From an uncultured virus (IMG/VR IMGVR_UViG_3300027797_000014) (Duplodnaviria; Heunggongvirae; Uroviricota; Caudoviricetes): DNA of 64,000 nucleotides. This document shows, piece by piece, positions 17,683 to 29,400 of this stretch; the stretch's first letter is position 1, and each line of letters opens with the position of its first letter. Location of the stretch: the IMG/VR virus record IMGVR_UViG_3300027797_000014, one strand, 5' to 3'. Below the pieces are notes generated by a model, which saw nothing but the letters and a program-made list of their open reading frames with translations, had not been told where the DNA came from and made no database searches. Both the position numbers and the translations under genes were made by a program.

Positions 17683-20205
17683 ATGGCAAAAATTAAAATA
17701 AATAGTTTACCTGCAGGCTTTAAATTAGTTAATGGTAAAATAGAAGAAGATCAAATGATGAGAGAAGGTGGCTATGTAACTGGTGATCAAGCTGGTTATG
17801 GATTAGTTACTCTACCTCAAGAGTATTACAATAATGCTAATTTTAATACTACAAGAGATGAATCTGTTAGATACAGTTTATCTGGCGTACCCAGAGACAA
17901 AGCAAACATTGAAGCTGAAGGTGGTGAAACAGTATTAACTGATTTAAACAATGACAATCAATTTGGTCTGTACAATATTACAGGACCAAGACACTCTAAA
18001 GGTGGTGTGCCAATGTTTTTACCAGAACAATCTTTTATCTATTCTGATACAGATAAAATGAGATTTAATCAAGAAGAGCTTGCTGAGTATGGTATAGAAA
18101 CTAAATTAAAAATGACTCCTGCTCAAGTATCTAAAAGATATGATCTTAATAAATATTATGGTACTATGCAAGATCAATTTGCTGATGAGATAACTGCACG
18201 TAGTTCTGAACTTATGTTAAAGAAAAACATGATGGGTTTATCTAAATTAGCATTTGGTCAAGAACTTAAAAAGAAATTTGAAGATGGGGTGCCTTTAGCA
18301 GCTCATCCATACTTAGTTTCTATTGGAGAAGACCCTATAGACTTTACTGCAAAAATGGAAAACATTACTAAGAAACAAGCTCAGATGAAAGCCTTTGCTG
18401 CTTTATCTCCTGATCAACAACAACAGTTATTACAGTTGCAGGAAATGATGGCTCAGATGGATGAACAACAACCTCAACAAGAACAATCTTTTGAAGATCC
18501 TGGTATGCAACAACAACAATTAGCTATGGCTGATGAAGATGTTATGGCTATGGGTATGCCTGAAGATGGTATGGCAAGATATGGTAGAGAAATAGCTAAG
18601 TACCAAGTTAAAGGTGAAACTCCTACTAATCCTTTTAAACCTGGTACTGAGAATTATGCAAAAGCACAAGAGATGATTGACTCTGGTAAATATGAAATGG
18701 TTAAAGGTGATGTTGTAAAGGGTCAACAGATGTATCAATTTAGAGAAATTAAAACTGAAGATCCAAAATTTAAAGCAGATAGAGAAGCTCAATTAAAAAA
18801 AGAAAAGATTTCTGGTCAAAATCAAAAAGGGCAGGGTTCTGTATCTATTTATGGTGAAGTTATTGCTGGTCAAGAAAAAGCAATAAATGAAAGCCCTATT
18901 GGTATTTATAAGTCTGGTAGATTATCAGCAGGTAATAGACCCGCACTTCAAAATAAAACTGGTAAAGCATATGGTTCTGCAGATATAAAAACTCCAGAAT
19001 CAAAAGCAGATTTTATGGATAGATGGAGTGATGTTGCTGCAACAATACCCGGATTTGATTTTGATAAAGCACCCGATGATCCTCAATGGGCGCAGTTTCA
19101 AACAAAAGCTGAAGATGTTAGAAGAAAAGAACATATTGCAGCATTTGGTAATGATAAAGATTATGAACCATATTGGAAAAAACCAGGTGATAAAGGTTAT
19201 GTTAGGGGTCAAGGCTTTGATAGTAAACTAGGATTGCATACTTATAATGCTCCACGTTTTAGACTTAATCCTGTAAAATCTAATGATGTTGAATTAGGTC
19301 TTGATATTCCAGAACCAGAACCAGATCCAAAAAAACCTTTAGAAACTTCTCAACTTCAAGAATATATACAACCTCAACCAGAATGGTGGAGACAAGATGT
19401 AAATAATTTAAATGCATTAAATTTAATTGATGATAATTTATATTTACCATGGGCACCAGATGCTGCACCAGCTAAAATAGATTATGTATTAGATGACTGG
19501 AGAAGTAATGCTAATGCAAATTTATCAGCTGCAAATACTATGGCTCAAGCATTAGGTGCTGCAGGTGGACCACAAGCTGTGGCTAATTCAAATATTCAAG
19601 GTACTGCAATGGATGGAATTGCTCAAGGTATTAATAGAGTTAATACTAATAACGTTGGTATAATGAATCAGGTAGCTCCAATGCAAGCTCAATTAAATAT
19701 GCAAGTTGATGCAATCAATCAAGGTAGAAACATGAAGGTTTATGATGATACCCAAAAGACTTTGCAAAATAGTGATAACTTTCAGAATTGGAAGATTGGC
19801 AAACAAGCTGAACTATTTAATACTGCACTTACTAATAGAGCTAACACATATAACTTAAATTCAACATTTGATCACTATGCTATAGATCCAACATCAGGAG
19901 GTGGTATTAATTATACAAATTCAAGAGCTTATGAAAAAGTTGGACCACAACCAGATAGACAAAAGGCTTTTCTAGATGCATATACTACATTAAGAAAAAA
20001 CTTACCAAAAGATCAAACAGTTGATAAAGGTATAATGGAAATGTATATGGGTATGGCCCCTAATGAAAATCCTAATATAACCAATGCACAAGCAGAATTA
20101 CAAAGAAGAGGTTTACCTCAAGTTGGTCCATTGTCTCAAAATAAAAGAGGAAAAGAAATAAAAAGAATGATAGTACCATTCTACACAGGAAAGATGGGAG
20201 CATAA
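17683..20205 (+). CDS. Putative internal virion (cargo) protein
   Basis: NIEAEGGETV...GPRHSKGGVP...FIYSD domain typical of crAss-like cargo proteins; Q/N/A-rich helical C-terminal half; located upstream of the RNAP block. Confidence 0.6.
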   Translation: MAKIKINSLPAGFKLVNGKIEEDQMMREGGYVTGDQAGYGLVTLPQEYYNNANFNTTRDESVRYSLSGVPRDKANIEAEGGETVLTDLNNDNQFGLYNITGPRHSKGGVPMFLPEQSFIYSDTDKMRFNQEELAEYGIETKLKMTPAQVSKRYDLNKYYGTMQDQFADEITARSSELMLKKNMMGLSKLAFGQELKKKFEDGVPLAAHPYLVSIGEDPIDFTAKMENITKKQAQMKAFAALSPDQQQQLLQLQEMMAQMDEQQPQQEQSFEDPGMQQQQLAMADEDVMAMGMPEDGMARYGREIAKYQVKGETPTNPFKPGTENYAKAQEMIDSGKYEMVKGDVVKGQQMYQFREIKTEDPKFKADREAQLKKEKISGQNQKGQGSVSIYGEVIAGQEKAINESPIGIYKSGRLSAGNRPALQNKTGKAYGSADIKTPESKADFMDRWSDVAATIPGFDFDKAPDDPQWAQFQTKAEDVRRKEHIAAFGNDKDYEPYWKKPGDKGYVRGQGFDSKLGLHTYNAPRFRLNPVKSNDVELGLDIPEPEPDPKKPLETSQLQEYIQPQPEWWRQDVNNLNALNLIDDNLYLPWAPDAAPAKIDYVLDDWRSNANANLSAANTMAQALGAAGGPQAVANSNIQGTAMDGIAQGINRVNTNNVGIMNQVAPMQAQLNMQVDAINQGRNMKVYDDTQKTLQNSDNFQNWKIGKQAELFNTALTNRANTYNLNSTFDHYAIDPTSGGGINYTNSRAYEKVGPQPDRQKAFLDAYTTLRKNLPKDQTVDKGIMEMYMGMAPNENPNITNAQAELQRRGLPQVGPLSQNKRGKEIKRMIVPFYTGKMGA

Positions 20206-20264
20206 ACTTTAAAAGTTTTATGATTTATCTTGTTAAACTTAATAAATTTTAGTAATTTACAATT

Positions 20265-23200
20265 ATGGCAACATACGTACCAGGAGTAGAAACATACTTA
20301 CCAGACATCAAACCATTTACACCAGACTATAAATTTTTGTCTGCTGTACTTGATGTTAGAACAGATAAGTATAATACCAATTGGAAGGCAACTAATGACC
20401 TTTACAATAAAGTTGTTTATGCGGATTTGTCCAGAACAGATACCAAAGAACAAAGAGATCAATATATAAATCAAATAACTCCATCTTTAGAGAAAATCTC
20501 AGGGATGGATTTATCAATGGTACAAAATGCTGACTCTGCTAAAGCAGTGTTTGCTCCATTCTTTGAAGATGATTTAATAGTCAGTGATATGATGCATACT
20601 TCTAACTTTAGAAAAGAAATGGATTATGCAAATAGACTTATGGGTTCTCCAGATGATGAGATGAGGGGTAGATATTCAGTTGATGGAGTAAAGGGTTTAC
20701 AATATCATATGGAAGATTTTGTAAACGCTTCTGCTGATAAAGCAATGAAAATGGGTTTACCTAAATTTATTGAAAATGCTAACATAATGGAGATGTCTCA
20801 GAAAATTTTAGGTGAAATGAAACCACCTCTAAAAATGAGGGTTGATCATTTTGGTTTAAATCCTAATAAAACAGTTAATACTGAATGGGTTATTACAGAA
20901 CAAAATGGTAATTTAGTTACAGGTGCAGCATTACAATATATTCAGAAAGCTTTATTAGATGATCCTAGAATACAAAGACACTATCAGAATCAAGCTTTTG
21001 TAAGAGGTAGAGATTTTGCTGCAGAAGGTATAGCTAGAGGTGATTTTGCAACTAAAGAAGAAGGTCAAAATGCTTGGGCATCTGAAACTATTAAAAGAAT
21101 AAATCAACAAAATGAATATTATTTAAAGAAAGACATTAAAGCTTTAGAAACTGCTGAAGATGTAAATGTTAGATGGGATAACTATCAAAAAAGTAATGGT
21201 ATTGTTCCAGGATCAGATGATGAAAAAGCAATGCTTGGTGAACGTTCATCTTATGAAGCAACTAAAGCTGCATTAGATGCAAAGGTAAATATTCAAAAAA
21301 TAGCTAATGCTCCTGTAAAAGATTTTGAAGGCACATTAAATAAAGCTTATAGTCTTTTGATGCATAATAATATATCAAAAGAAATGCAAGCAGCTGCTCA
21401 AGAGTATGGTGCTAGAGATATGGAGTATACTATGAAAGTTAATGAGTATGCTAAACAACAAAAGCAGTTTCAATTTGATATGGGTAAAATTGCACAACAA
21501 CATATAAATGCAAAAGAGTTGGCTGCTATTAAAAAGAAAGATGATTTAGATTTGGCAGCAGCAAAAGGTGAACTTGTATCTCAAAATCCTTTATTAAATA
21601 TATTAACAGGTGGTGGAGCTGAAGCTGGTGGTGCTGCAAATGCTGACTTTCCAGTAGATAAATATGGAAAACCAGATCCAAATGTAGATGTAGTTGATCA
21701 TTTAACTGATCAATATGTTTTACCAAGAACTGCAGCTAGAGATTTAGAACTTGATGCTGCAACTAGTATATTAACATTTTTAAAACCTGTTGGAGATAAA
21801 GATCTTAGTGGTAATGCTACTCAAAAGTATACAATAAAAGTAGCGGGTACAAATTATACTGGATCAATTGATCAAATAAAAAAGAAACTTGGTACAAAAA
21901 CTGAAAAAGGTGGATATTTATATTGGGAAGATATAGATGCTTTATATCAAGAACAATCTAAAATATTAAATGACCCAAAACAAATGGGAAGTAAGTACCC
22001 TGGTTTAGCAAATAGTAAAATGTATAATGATTTGTATGAAAAAATATATTCACCTAAAGGTATTAACACAACAATTGAAGTACTTGATAGAACATATGAA
22101 ACTGTAATTAATAAGTATAAAAATATACATGATCAATCTGTAGTATTGGTTCAAGGTGAAGATGCCAACGTTAAAGCTTCAATGCAAGAGGGTGGCATGC
22201 CAGGAATATATAAAACATTACCTAGTGGTTTACATAGACAATTAACTAAACCTGAATACATTGCTAATGTAGTAGAACTTATTAAACAAGGAAAAGTTAA
22301 AAATATAGATTTAATTGGATGGGATACTGGTACAAGTAGTAGTAATTATATGCACACTGTTAAAAAAGGTACAGGTCAATATTATACCACTAGAGATGGT
22401 GAAGGAGGTAGTATAACAAAAGAAAGACAGACAACTGTAACTGAATTAGATATGGCTGCTATTGAAGCTGAAGCAGGACATGTATATGATAAAATTAAAA
22501 TAAAAACTAATGCTGCTGCAACAGGCCGTCTTGGTGATAAGTATGATACGGGAACTTTTAAAGGTACGTTAGCTGGAAGATCGGGTGCAACTGATATGTT
22601 TATATCACCAGTTTATAAAGCACCTATAGATCCTTTAAGTAATACATCAGAAGGTCAAACTACTTTAGCTCAAATGATAACTCAAAAAAAGATGTTAGAT
22701 GCACAAGGTGGTGGATATACAATGGTTCTTGGTAATTTATCAGATAAAAAAGACAAAGCATCTATAGCTACTGATGCATTGGCTACTAAAGCATATAATG
22801 CTTATATAGCTGATATGACAACATGGTTGGGTAATCCTAAGCGTAGTAATACAGCGGGTATTGCACCAAGAGCAAACATTATATATTCTGGTACATTAGG
22901 TGCTGCTGGTGAAGGTAATAAAACTACAGCTGGTTATACTATTGATGGATTTAATGAATGGTTATCAAGTAAAGTTAAAGGTTCAGCAACAGAAGCAACT
23001 GGTGCTGCAGGAGAATATGGTTTATTTAGTAAACCCGAAGTAGATGCATTGAGAAGTGGAATTAGTATGGTGTTTGATAAAAAACAAGATATAAATCCTA
23101 GAGCAGAACGCAATCAATATTATTCAAATGTATTATCAGCTGTTGAAGCTAGTCCTGATAAATTTGCAGAGTATACTTATCCTGGAATAGATGGTATGAC

Positions 23201-23456
23201 ACCAACTGCAACATATAGAATTGTAAAAACAGGAACAGATCAGTTTTATGCTACATATAAGTATAATACTTATCAACCTAATGGTACATATCTTGAAAGT
23301 GATTGGAAACAAGTTCCAATACAAACTGGTAATTTTAATGTAGCTCAGGCAGTTGATGCACAAGTAGAAAAATTACAACTAGAATTTGAACAAATAAAAA
23401 AAGCGTCCACAGAAGATTATAATAGAAATTCTGCTGTTAAAGGTAGAAAAAACTAA
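20265..23456 (+). CDS. Large ejected/cargo protein (first of three giant genes)
   Basis: 1063 aa, helical/coiled-coil, immediately upstream of the virion RNAP as in crAss-like phages. Confidence 0.55.
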   Translation: MATYVPGVETYLPDIKPFTPDYKFLSAVLDVRTDKYNTNWKATNDLYNKVVYADLSRTDTKEQRDQYINQITPSLEKISGMDLSMVQNADSAKAVFAPFFEDDLIVSDMMHTSNFRKEMDYANRLMGSPDDEMRGRYSVDGVKGLQYHMEDFVNASADKAMKMGLPKFIENANIMEMSQKILGEMKPPLKMRVDHFGLNPNKTVNTEWVITEQNGNLVTGAALQYIQKALLDDPRIQRHYQNQAFVRGRDFAAEGIARGDFATKEEGQNAWASETIKRINQQNEYYLKKDIKALETAEDVNVRWDNYQKSNGIVPGSDDEKAMLGERSSYEATKAALDAKVNIQKIANAPVKDFEGTLNKAYSLLMHNNISKEMQAAAQEYGARDMEYTMKVNEYAKQQKQFQFDMGKIAQQHINAKELAAIKKKDDLDLAAAKGELVSQNPLLNILTGGGAEAGGAANADFPVDKYGKPDPNVDVVDHLTDQYVLPRTAARDLELDAATSILTFLKPVGDKDLSGNATQKYTIKVAGTNYTGSIDQIKKKLGTKTEKGGYLYWEDIDALYQEQSKILNDPKQMGSKYPGLANSKMYNDLYEKIYSPKGINTTIEVLDRTYETVINKYKNIHDQSVVLVQGEDANVKASMQEGGMPGIYKTLPSGLHRQLTKPEYIANVVELIKQGKVKNIDLIGWDTGTSSSNYMHTVKKGTGQYYTTRDGEGGSITKERQTTVTELDMAAIEAEAGHVYDKIKIKTNAAATGRLGDKYDTGTFKGTLAGRSGATDMFISPVYKAPIDPLSNTSEGQTTLAQMITQKKMLDAQGGGYTMVLGNLSDKKDKASIATDALATKAYNAYIADMTTWLGNPKRSNTAGIAPRANIIYSGTLGAAGEGNKTTAGYTIDGFNEWLSSKVKGSATEATGAAGEYGLFSKPEVDALRSGISMVFDKKQDINPRAERNQYYSNVLSAVEASPDKFAEYTYPGIDGMTPTATYRIVKTGTDQFYATYKYNTYQPNGTYLESDWKQVPIQTGNFNVAQAVDAQVEKLQLEFEQIKKASTEDYNRNSAVKGRKN

Positions 23457-23497
23457 AAAATCACTAGATTTACAAAAAATAATTCAGGTACTAATAC

Positions 23498-26400
23498 ATG
23501 GAAAATCCAATTGAAAATAATAGTTTAAACCAAACAATTTTAAATAATCAAGTTACAGAAAGTGTTATCCCAAAAGATAATTCATTTCAACCTGTAATGG
23601 ATATGTTTGATAGTGAAGAAAACAATGTTCTGATGAGCAGAATAGATTTAGCTCAATTGCAACAACTTGATGCATTAAAACCAATGATTGATAGTACCGG
23701 AATTAGATCTAATGGAAATGCTGCTGCAAGAAGACCCACACTATCTTCTAATACATTTGATCCTGTTCTTCAACAAAATCCACCAAACTTAAAAGAACCC
23801 GGTGGAATTGAAAGATCTATAGAACAATCATTGAATGAAGCTTTTCAAGAAAGTCAAGGAAATATAAAGCCCGGAACTGGTGTAGCTGCACCCGCATTTG
23901 CTAGTATGGTTCAAAGTAATTTCAAACGTTATTATGAGCATCCTGAATTTCAAAAATTAGGATGGAAACCATATGCAGATAATGAAGCATATTATAATGC
24001 TAACTCAACCATCTATGATGATATGAGTAGAATGTGGGGTCAGTTTGGAAGTTTAGTGGGAACAGGATTTGTTGGTGGATATAGAGACATTGGTGACATG
24101 TTTAGTGGTGAATCAATGGTGGCAGATTTAAAATCTGCAAATGAGTTTGAAGATGCTATGGCAATTGGTAGTTCAACTAGAGGTGGTGCTTTGGGTTTTA
24201 CAAATAATTTATTATTAAACTCAGCATATACAGTAGGAATTATTAGTTCTATTGCAGTAGAAGAATTGGCATTAGCTGCATTAGAAGTAGGAACATTTGG
24301 TGGAGCAACACCACTTGTAGCTGGAAGAAGCGTACTTAATGCAGCAAGATTAGCTGAATTAGCAAAAAATGTAGGTAAAGCAACTTCTATTGGTAGAATG
24401 TATAGTTCAGGAAGAACTATGATGAATACTTTAAAAGGTATTGATGCAGCAAAAGATTTTTGGACAGCTAGTAAAATTGGAGGTAAAGCTTTTGCTGGTA
24501 TTTTTGCTCCTGAAACTATAGCCGCTGTTAATAGATTGCACACTACAGAAGTAGTTGCTCAAAATTTAAACAATATGGCTAAAGCATCTGAGTATGCTGG
24601 AGCATTTTATAGAGATGCTAGAGCTTTAAATTTAGCATTATCAGAAAGCAGACTTGAAGGAGGTATGGTCTATAATCAATTGATTAAAGACGGTATGGAT
24701 ATTAAATTTGCTGAAAACAATGGTAGTCCCGTAACAACAGAACAAGTTGCAGATATTCAAAACAATGCACATAAAGCTGCATTTGCAACTACAATGACAA
24801 ACATGCCTATAATATACATAACTAATAAATTAGTTTTAGGTAATTCATTGGGAGGTTTTAATAAATCATTAGGTAGAATATTTAATGAACAAGCAAAAGG
24901 TATTGGAAGTAGAATTATTAAAACTGCACAAACAGTTGGAAAAGATGGTGTAAAATCATTATCTCCATTTAAAGATGCTGGTACAGGACTTAAAGGATTA
25001 GCTACAACACTTGGTAATGCCGGAGTTAAAGGTAACTTATCTAAGTTAGGTCAAGGTTCATTAAGGTATTTTGCAGCAAACTTAGGAGAGGGTATACAAG
25101 AACTTTCTCAAGAAGCTATTTCTGCAGGTACTAAAAACTATTACACTTCTGTATTAAAAGATCCAATGAATGGAGGATCTGAATTATTTAATGCTTCTGT
25201 TAATGCTGGAATAGGTCAACAATTTTCATCTCAAGGATTTGAAACATTTATGTCAGGATTTTTAATGGGTGGTATAGTTTCTGGGCCACAAAAATTATTT
25301 TTCCAAGGTGTACCTGCTTTATATCAAAGGGTTTCTAATCCAGAAAAATATGCTCAGTATAAACAAAATAAAGAAGACTATGTTAAATCTGTAGTTGATA
25401 CTTATAATGCTGTTTGGAATGAACAAGCACAAGATCCTAATTCAATTTTTGATCCTAAGAGATATAATTTTTTATTACAAAAAGCTGCAGCTCAAGGAAA
25501 GACATTAGCATCTATTGCTTATAATCAATTTGATTTTATTGATGAAACTGACTTTGCTAAGTTTCAACAGATCCATACTGTATTAACTACAGGTGGTGCT
25601 GCATTATTTCAAGATCAGTTAACTGATTATATGAAAATGTCTGATGAAGATTTAGCTACGGCTTTTCCATCAAGTAAAGCAGATGTTAAAAACGGAAAGA
25701 TTAGAGAACGTCTTCAAAGTATGGTCAATCAAATTGATAAAACTGAAGAAGTATATAGTCAATCAAAAGATAGAAATCCAAATCCATTTACACCTGAATC
25801 TTATGAAAAAGGTTCAAGACAATGGACAGAAGAAACACTTAAGAAAATTGCATTTGAACATGCAAGATATCTTTACATGTTTACCCAAGATGGATTTACT
25901 AGAGCATTAGAAAGATCAAATAGCATATATCAAAATTTAGCAGCTGAACCATTGTTTGAAAAAATGGCAGCTAGTGATTTAACAGTATTATTGGATCAAG
26001 ATTCTATTGATAAAGAAATACAAATGTTAACTGAAGAGGCTATTATTTTATCAGGAGATAAAATCAATGAAACTAAAGTAAAAGAAAAAACAGAAAAAAT
26101 AGAAAGATTATCTGCATTCAAAAACATATTGCTAGAGAATCAAAATAAAGATGGTTCTTTTAATAAAAAGAAAATAGGATTACTTAGAAAAGAGTTTGAA
26201 AACTATGTTAAATACATGGCTCAAGCATCAGGTACTTTTGTAAATAAAGATAATATTGATGCTGCGTTAAAACAAATTATAGATTATACAGCATTAAAAG
26301 GTAGAGCTAAAGTATATGATAAAGCAATTGAGTATTTGAATGATCCTCAAAAGTTTGATGTTATATTTCAAAGAACAGCTGAAGTATTACAAGAACAATA

Positions 26401-29400
26401 CAAAAACAGAAAATCAATATTTGAACAACAAGTACGTGATTATACTGAGGTAATTGAAAGAACTGAATTAGCAAATCAAATTGCAAAAGCCGGTTTTATT
26501 CCTGCAGTTGATGAAATGAAAATGTTTTTAGAAACTGGAGATAGCAAATATTTAAAAACATTTTATAATCAAAAAGGAGAGCAACTATCTGCTTATGATA
26601 AGCAAGATCTAGAAGATATTCAAGCATTGCTAAATGACTATGAACAAACTAGACCTGATAAAAAAGTAGAAGAAGTTAAAGATGAGGAAGAAGTAGCAGA
26701 AGAAGGTAGATCTAATGTAGATGATATATTAGGTAATATAAATATTGAAGTATCAGTTAAAGATTCAGTTGTATTAGATAATACAATGAAAAAAGCTTAT
26801 GCTAAATATGCAGCTAAACAAACCGCAGCTGGTAAAAAACCAATTACTTTAGATAAATGGATCAATAGTGAAGATGGTAAAAATCATAGAACAGCATTTA
26901 TTGCTGTTAAGAAAATCTGGATTGACAATGATACATTGATAAATCCAAATAATCCACTTACTGAAGCAGAAATTCAAAGTGAATCTAAATTAATACCATG
27001 GTTGCAAAGTCAAGAAGGTAAAACAAATGATTTAGTACAGAATGTTGTTAATGCATTAGGATTAACAATTGATGATGTTACAGGTCAAACAGAGTTATTG
27101 CCTAGTGAAGGTGAAGCTGTTGAAGGTAACAAGAATATAACAATAGTTAAAAAAGGTAATGCTGTTTCATTAATTGAATTAAAGACTGTTGACTCAGAAG
27201 GAAATATAAGCACTTCATACCAACTGGTTGATCAATATAAGCAACCATTAGATGAAGAAACATTAAATAGATTTGGTGTTCCTGCATTTGGTATTTTTAT
27301 TGAGGGTGACAAAGTTAAAGCATTATCTATACAAAAAGCTATTGATGGTGCAGCACCGGATATTACTCCATTTATTTTTGATGATGTACAGTTAAACTAT
27401 GGTCAACTTGTATATGATCAAACAGGAAAAGAATTTATTGTAGTAAGTCAACCAAAACAAATTGGCACTGAACGCAAATTATTATTAGTACCATCTGATG
27501 AAATTAGTCCTTCAATAGAAGAAACTAAAAAAGCTACAATACCCGTTAAACCTGGTGAATTTAAAGCATCATTTAGTATTCAAGATCTAGATCTTAAAGT
27601 ACTACCACAAAGTGTTAGTAGATTGAATATAAATGAACCTATTCAACCTTATGCATACAGAAATAAAGATGCTGTTACTAACCAATGGTTAGAAAGTCAG
27701 GAACAAGCAACTGCAAGATATAACTTAGTTATGTCAGTATTGTCTCCTGAAGATTTAAATGGATTAGAATTAGTTGTTACATTAGATCCTGAAGGTGGAT
27801 TAAACAATGGGTATTTAATTATTCCTGGTTTTAAAGAAGCAAATCCATATATTCAAACAATAACTGCAAAATACTCTGTAGGAATTAGAACTTCTAATCC
27901 TATTGTACAAGCTAAGATTGATGCTGCTATTGAAAAGAATGGTTTAAATAAAAGCAATGCATCAAATGGTGTTTTTGGTTTTATGCAAAATACCAATTTT
28001 ACAATTACTAATTCTCAAGGTACTGTTATTAATCCAGCTACCATGACTACAGATGAATATAAAAATATAATTTATACTCCTGCAGGAATGGAAGTAAGTC
28101 TTGAAGAAGATTTAAAACGTGCTCAAAATAACTTTGCTTTAAATAATTTATTGAGTTCTGTATTACCTGAGTTAGTAGCAAATAATCCTGATGGAGTTAT
28201 TGCACTTTCTAAATTGCCAAATGGTTTATCTTTTATTTCTAAACCAGGGGTAACAATGTATGATAAATCTCCAAAGCCATTAGCAGATTTACAATTTAGT
28301 GCTGCTGATGAAAATGGTAATTATTTAATCTATCAATTAGAAAATAACAAAGGGGGAGCAAGAACTAAAGTTGCTATATCTAATCTTGAAGGTGAAGAAA
28401 GAAGACAATTAATAGATAGAGTTGAAGAGAGTTTAACCAAACAAGGATTGTTAGATGGTATTACAAGTTTAACTGATGCTTATGTTGCTGTTGTATTATT
28501 ACCTGATGGAACATATGCCTTAGCAAATTTAAAGGCTAAGTCTATTGATTTGAATGCTAAATTTCTTGAATTAATAAATAGAGCTGAAACAACTCTATCT
28601 GATAATCCTGAAGCTAATGCTGAAAAATTTGATAAAAGATTTAACGTTGACTATAATAAAGGACTAAGAAGTGAATTATTTATTAGTGCTAAACCAGGAT
28701 ATAGACTTTCTTTACAAGTAAGTCCATGGGGTAAAATTGAATTAGAAATTTCTGACTCAAACAATAAGCAAATAGGTATAGTTAGATTAAATAAATCTGA
28801 GATTTCAAATAAAGATTTATCAGTTGATGATAAACTTAAATTACTATTAGATAAATTTAATGAATTACCTGGAGTAGTTGCTGCTGATGTAAATCTTACA
28901 GCTGCAAACTTTAGAGCTTCATACTCTAGAGAAGCGGGTGTTCAAGAGATACTTGATAAGACAACTACACAAGTTGCTCCACAAGTAGTATCTAATAATG
29001 CAATTCAATTGTCTGCAGATTCTTCTGCTATTCAAGCTGCTAAAAATATTCCTGTAGTTCAACAAAGTGCGTTTGTTGCATCAGAAGAAGTTTTAGATGT
29101 AGTTACTGATGAAGTATATAATAATTTTATAGATAATAATATTGTACCAGATAATATTCTTAATAATATTGCAGATAAAGTAATTAAACGTATAGATTTA
29201 TCAGAAAAAGAAATAGCAATATTTAATGGAAAGACATCTGAAATAAATGATATAATTAAAGATATTGCATCCAATGAAGTAACTCCAGAAGAAGTTGCAG
29301 ATACATTTGATACAGATAGTATAAATCCTGAAGACATTAATATAGATGATACTAATTTATTAAGAAATTCTATTAGATTAAGTATTCTAGAAAGTATTAA

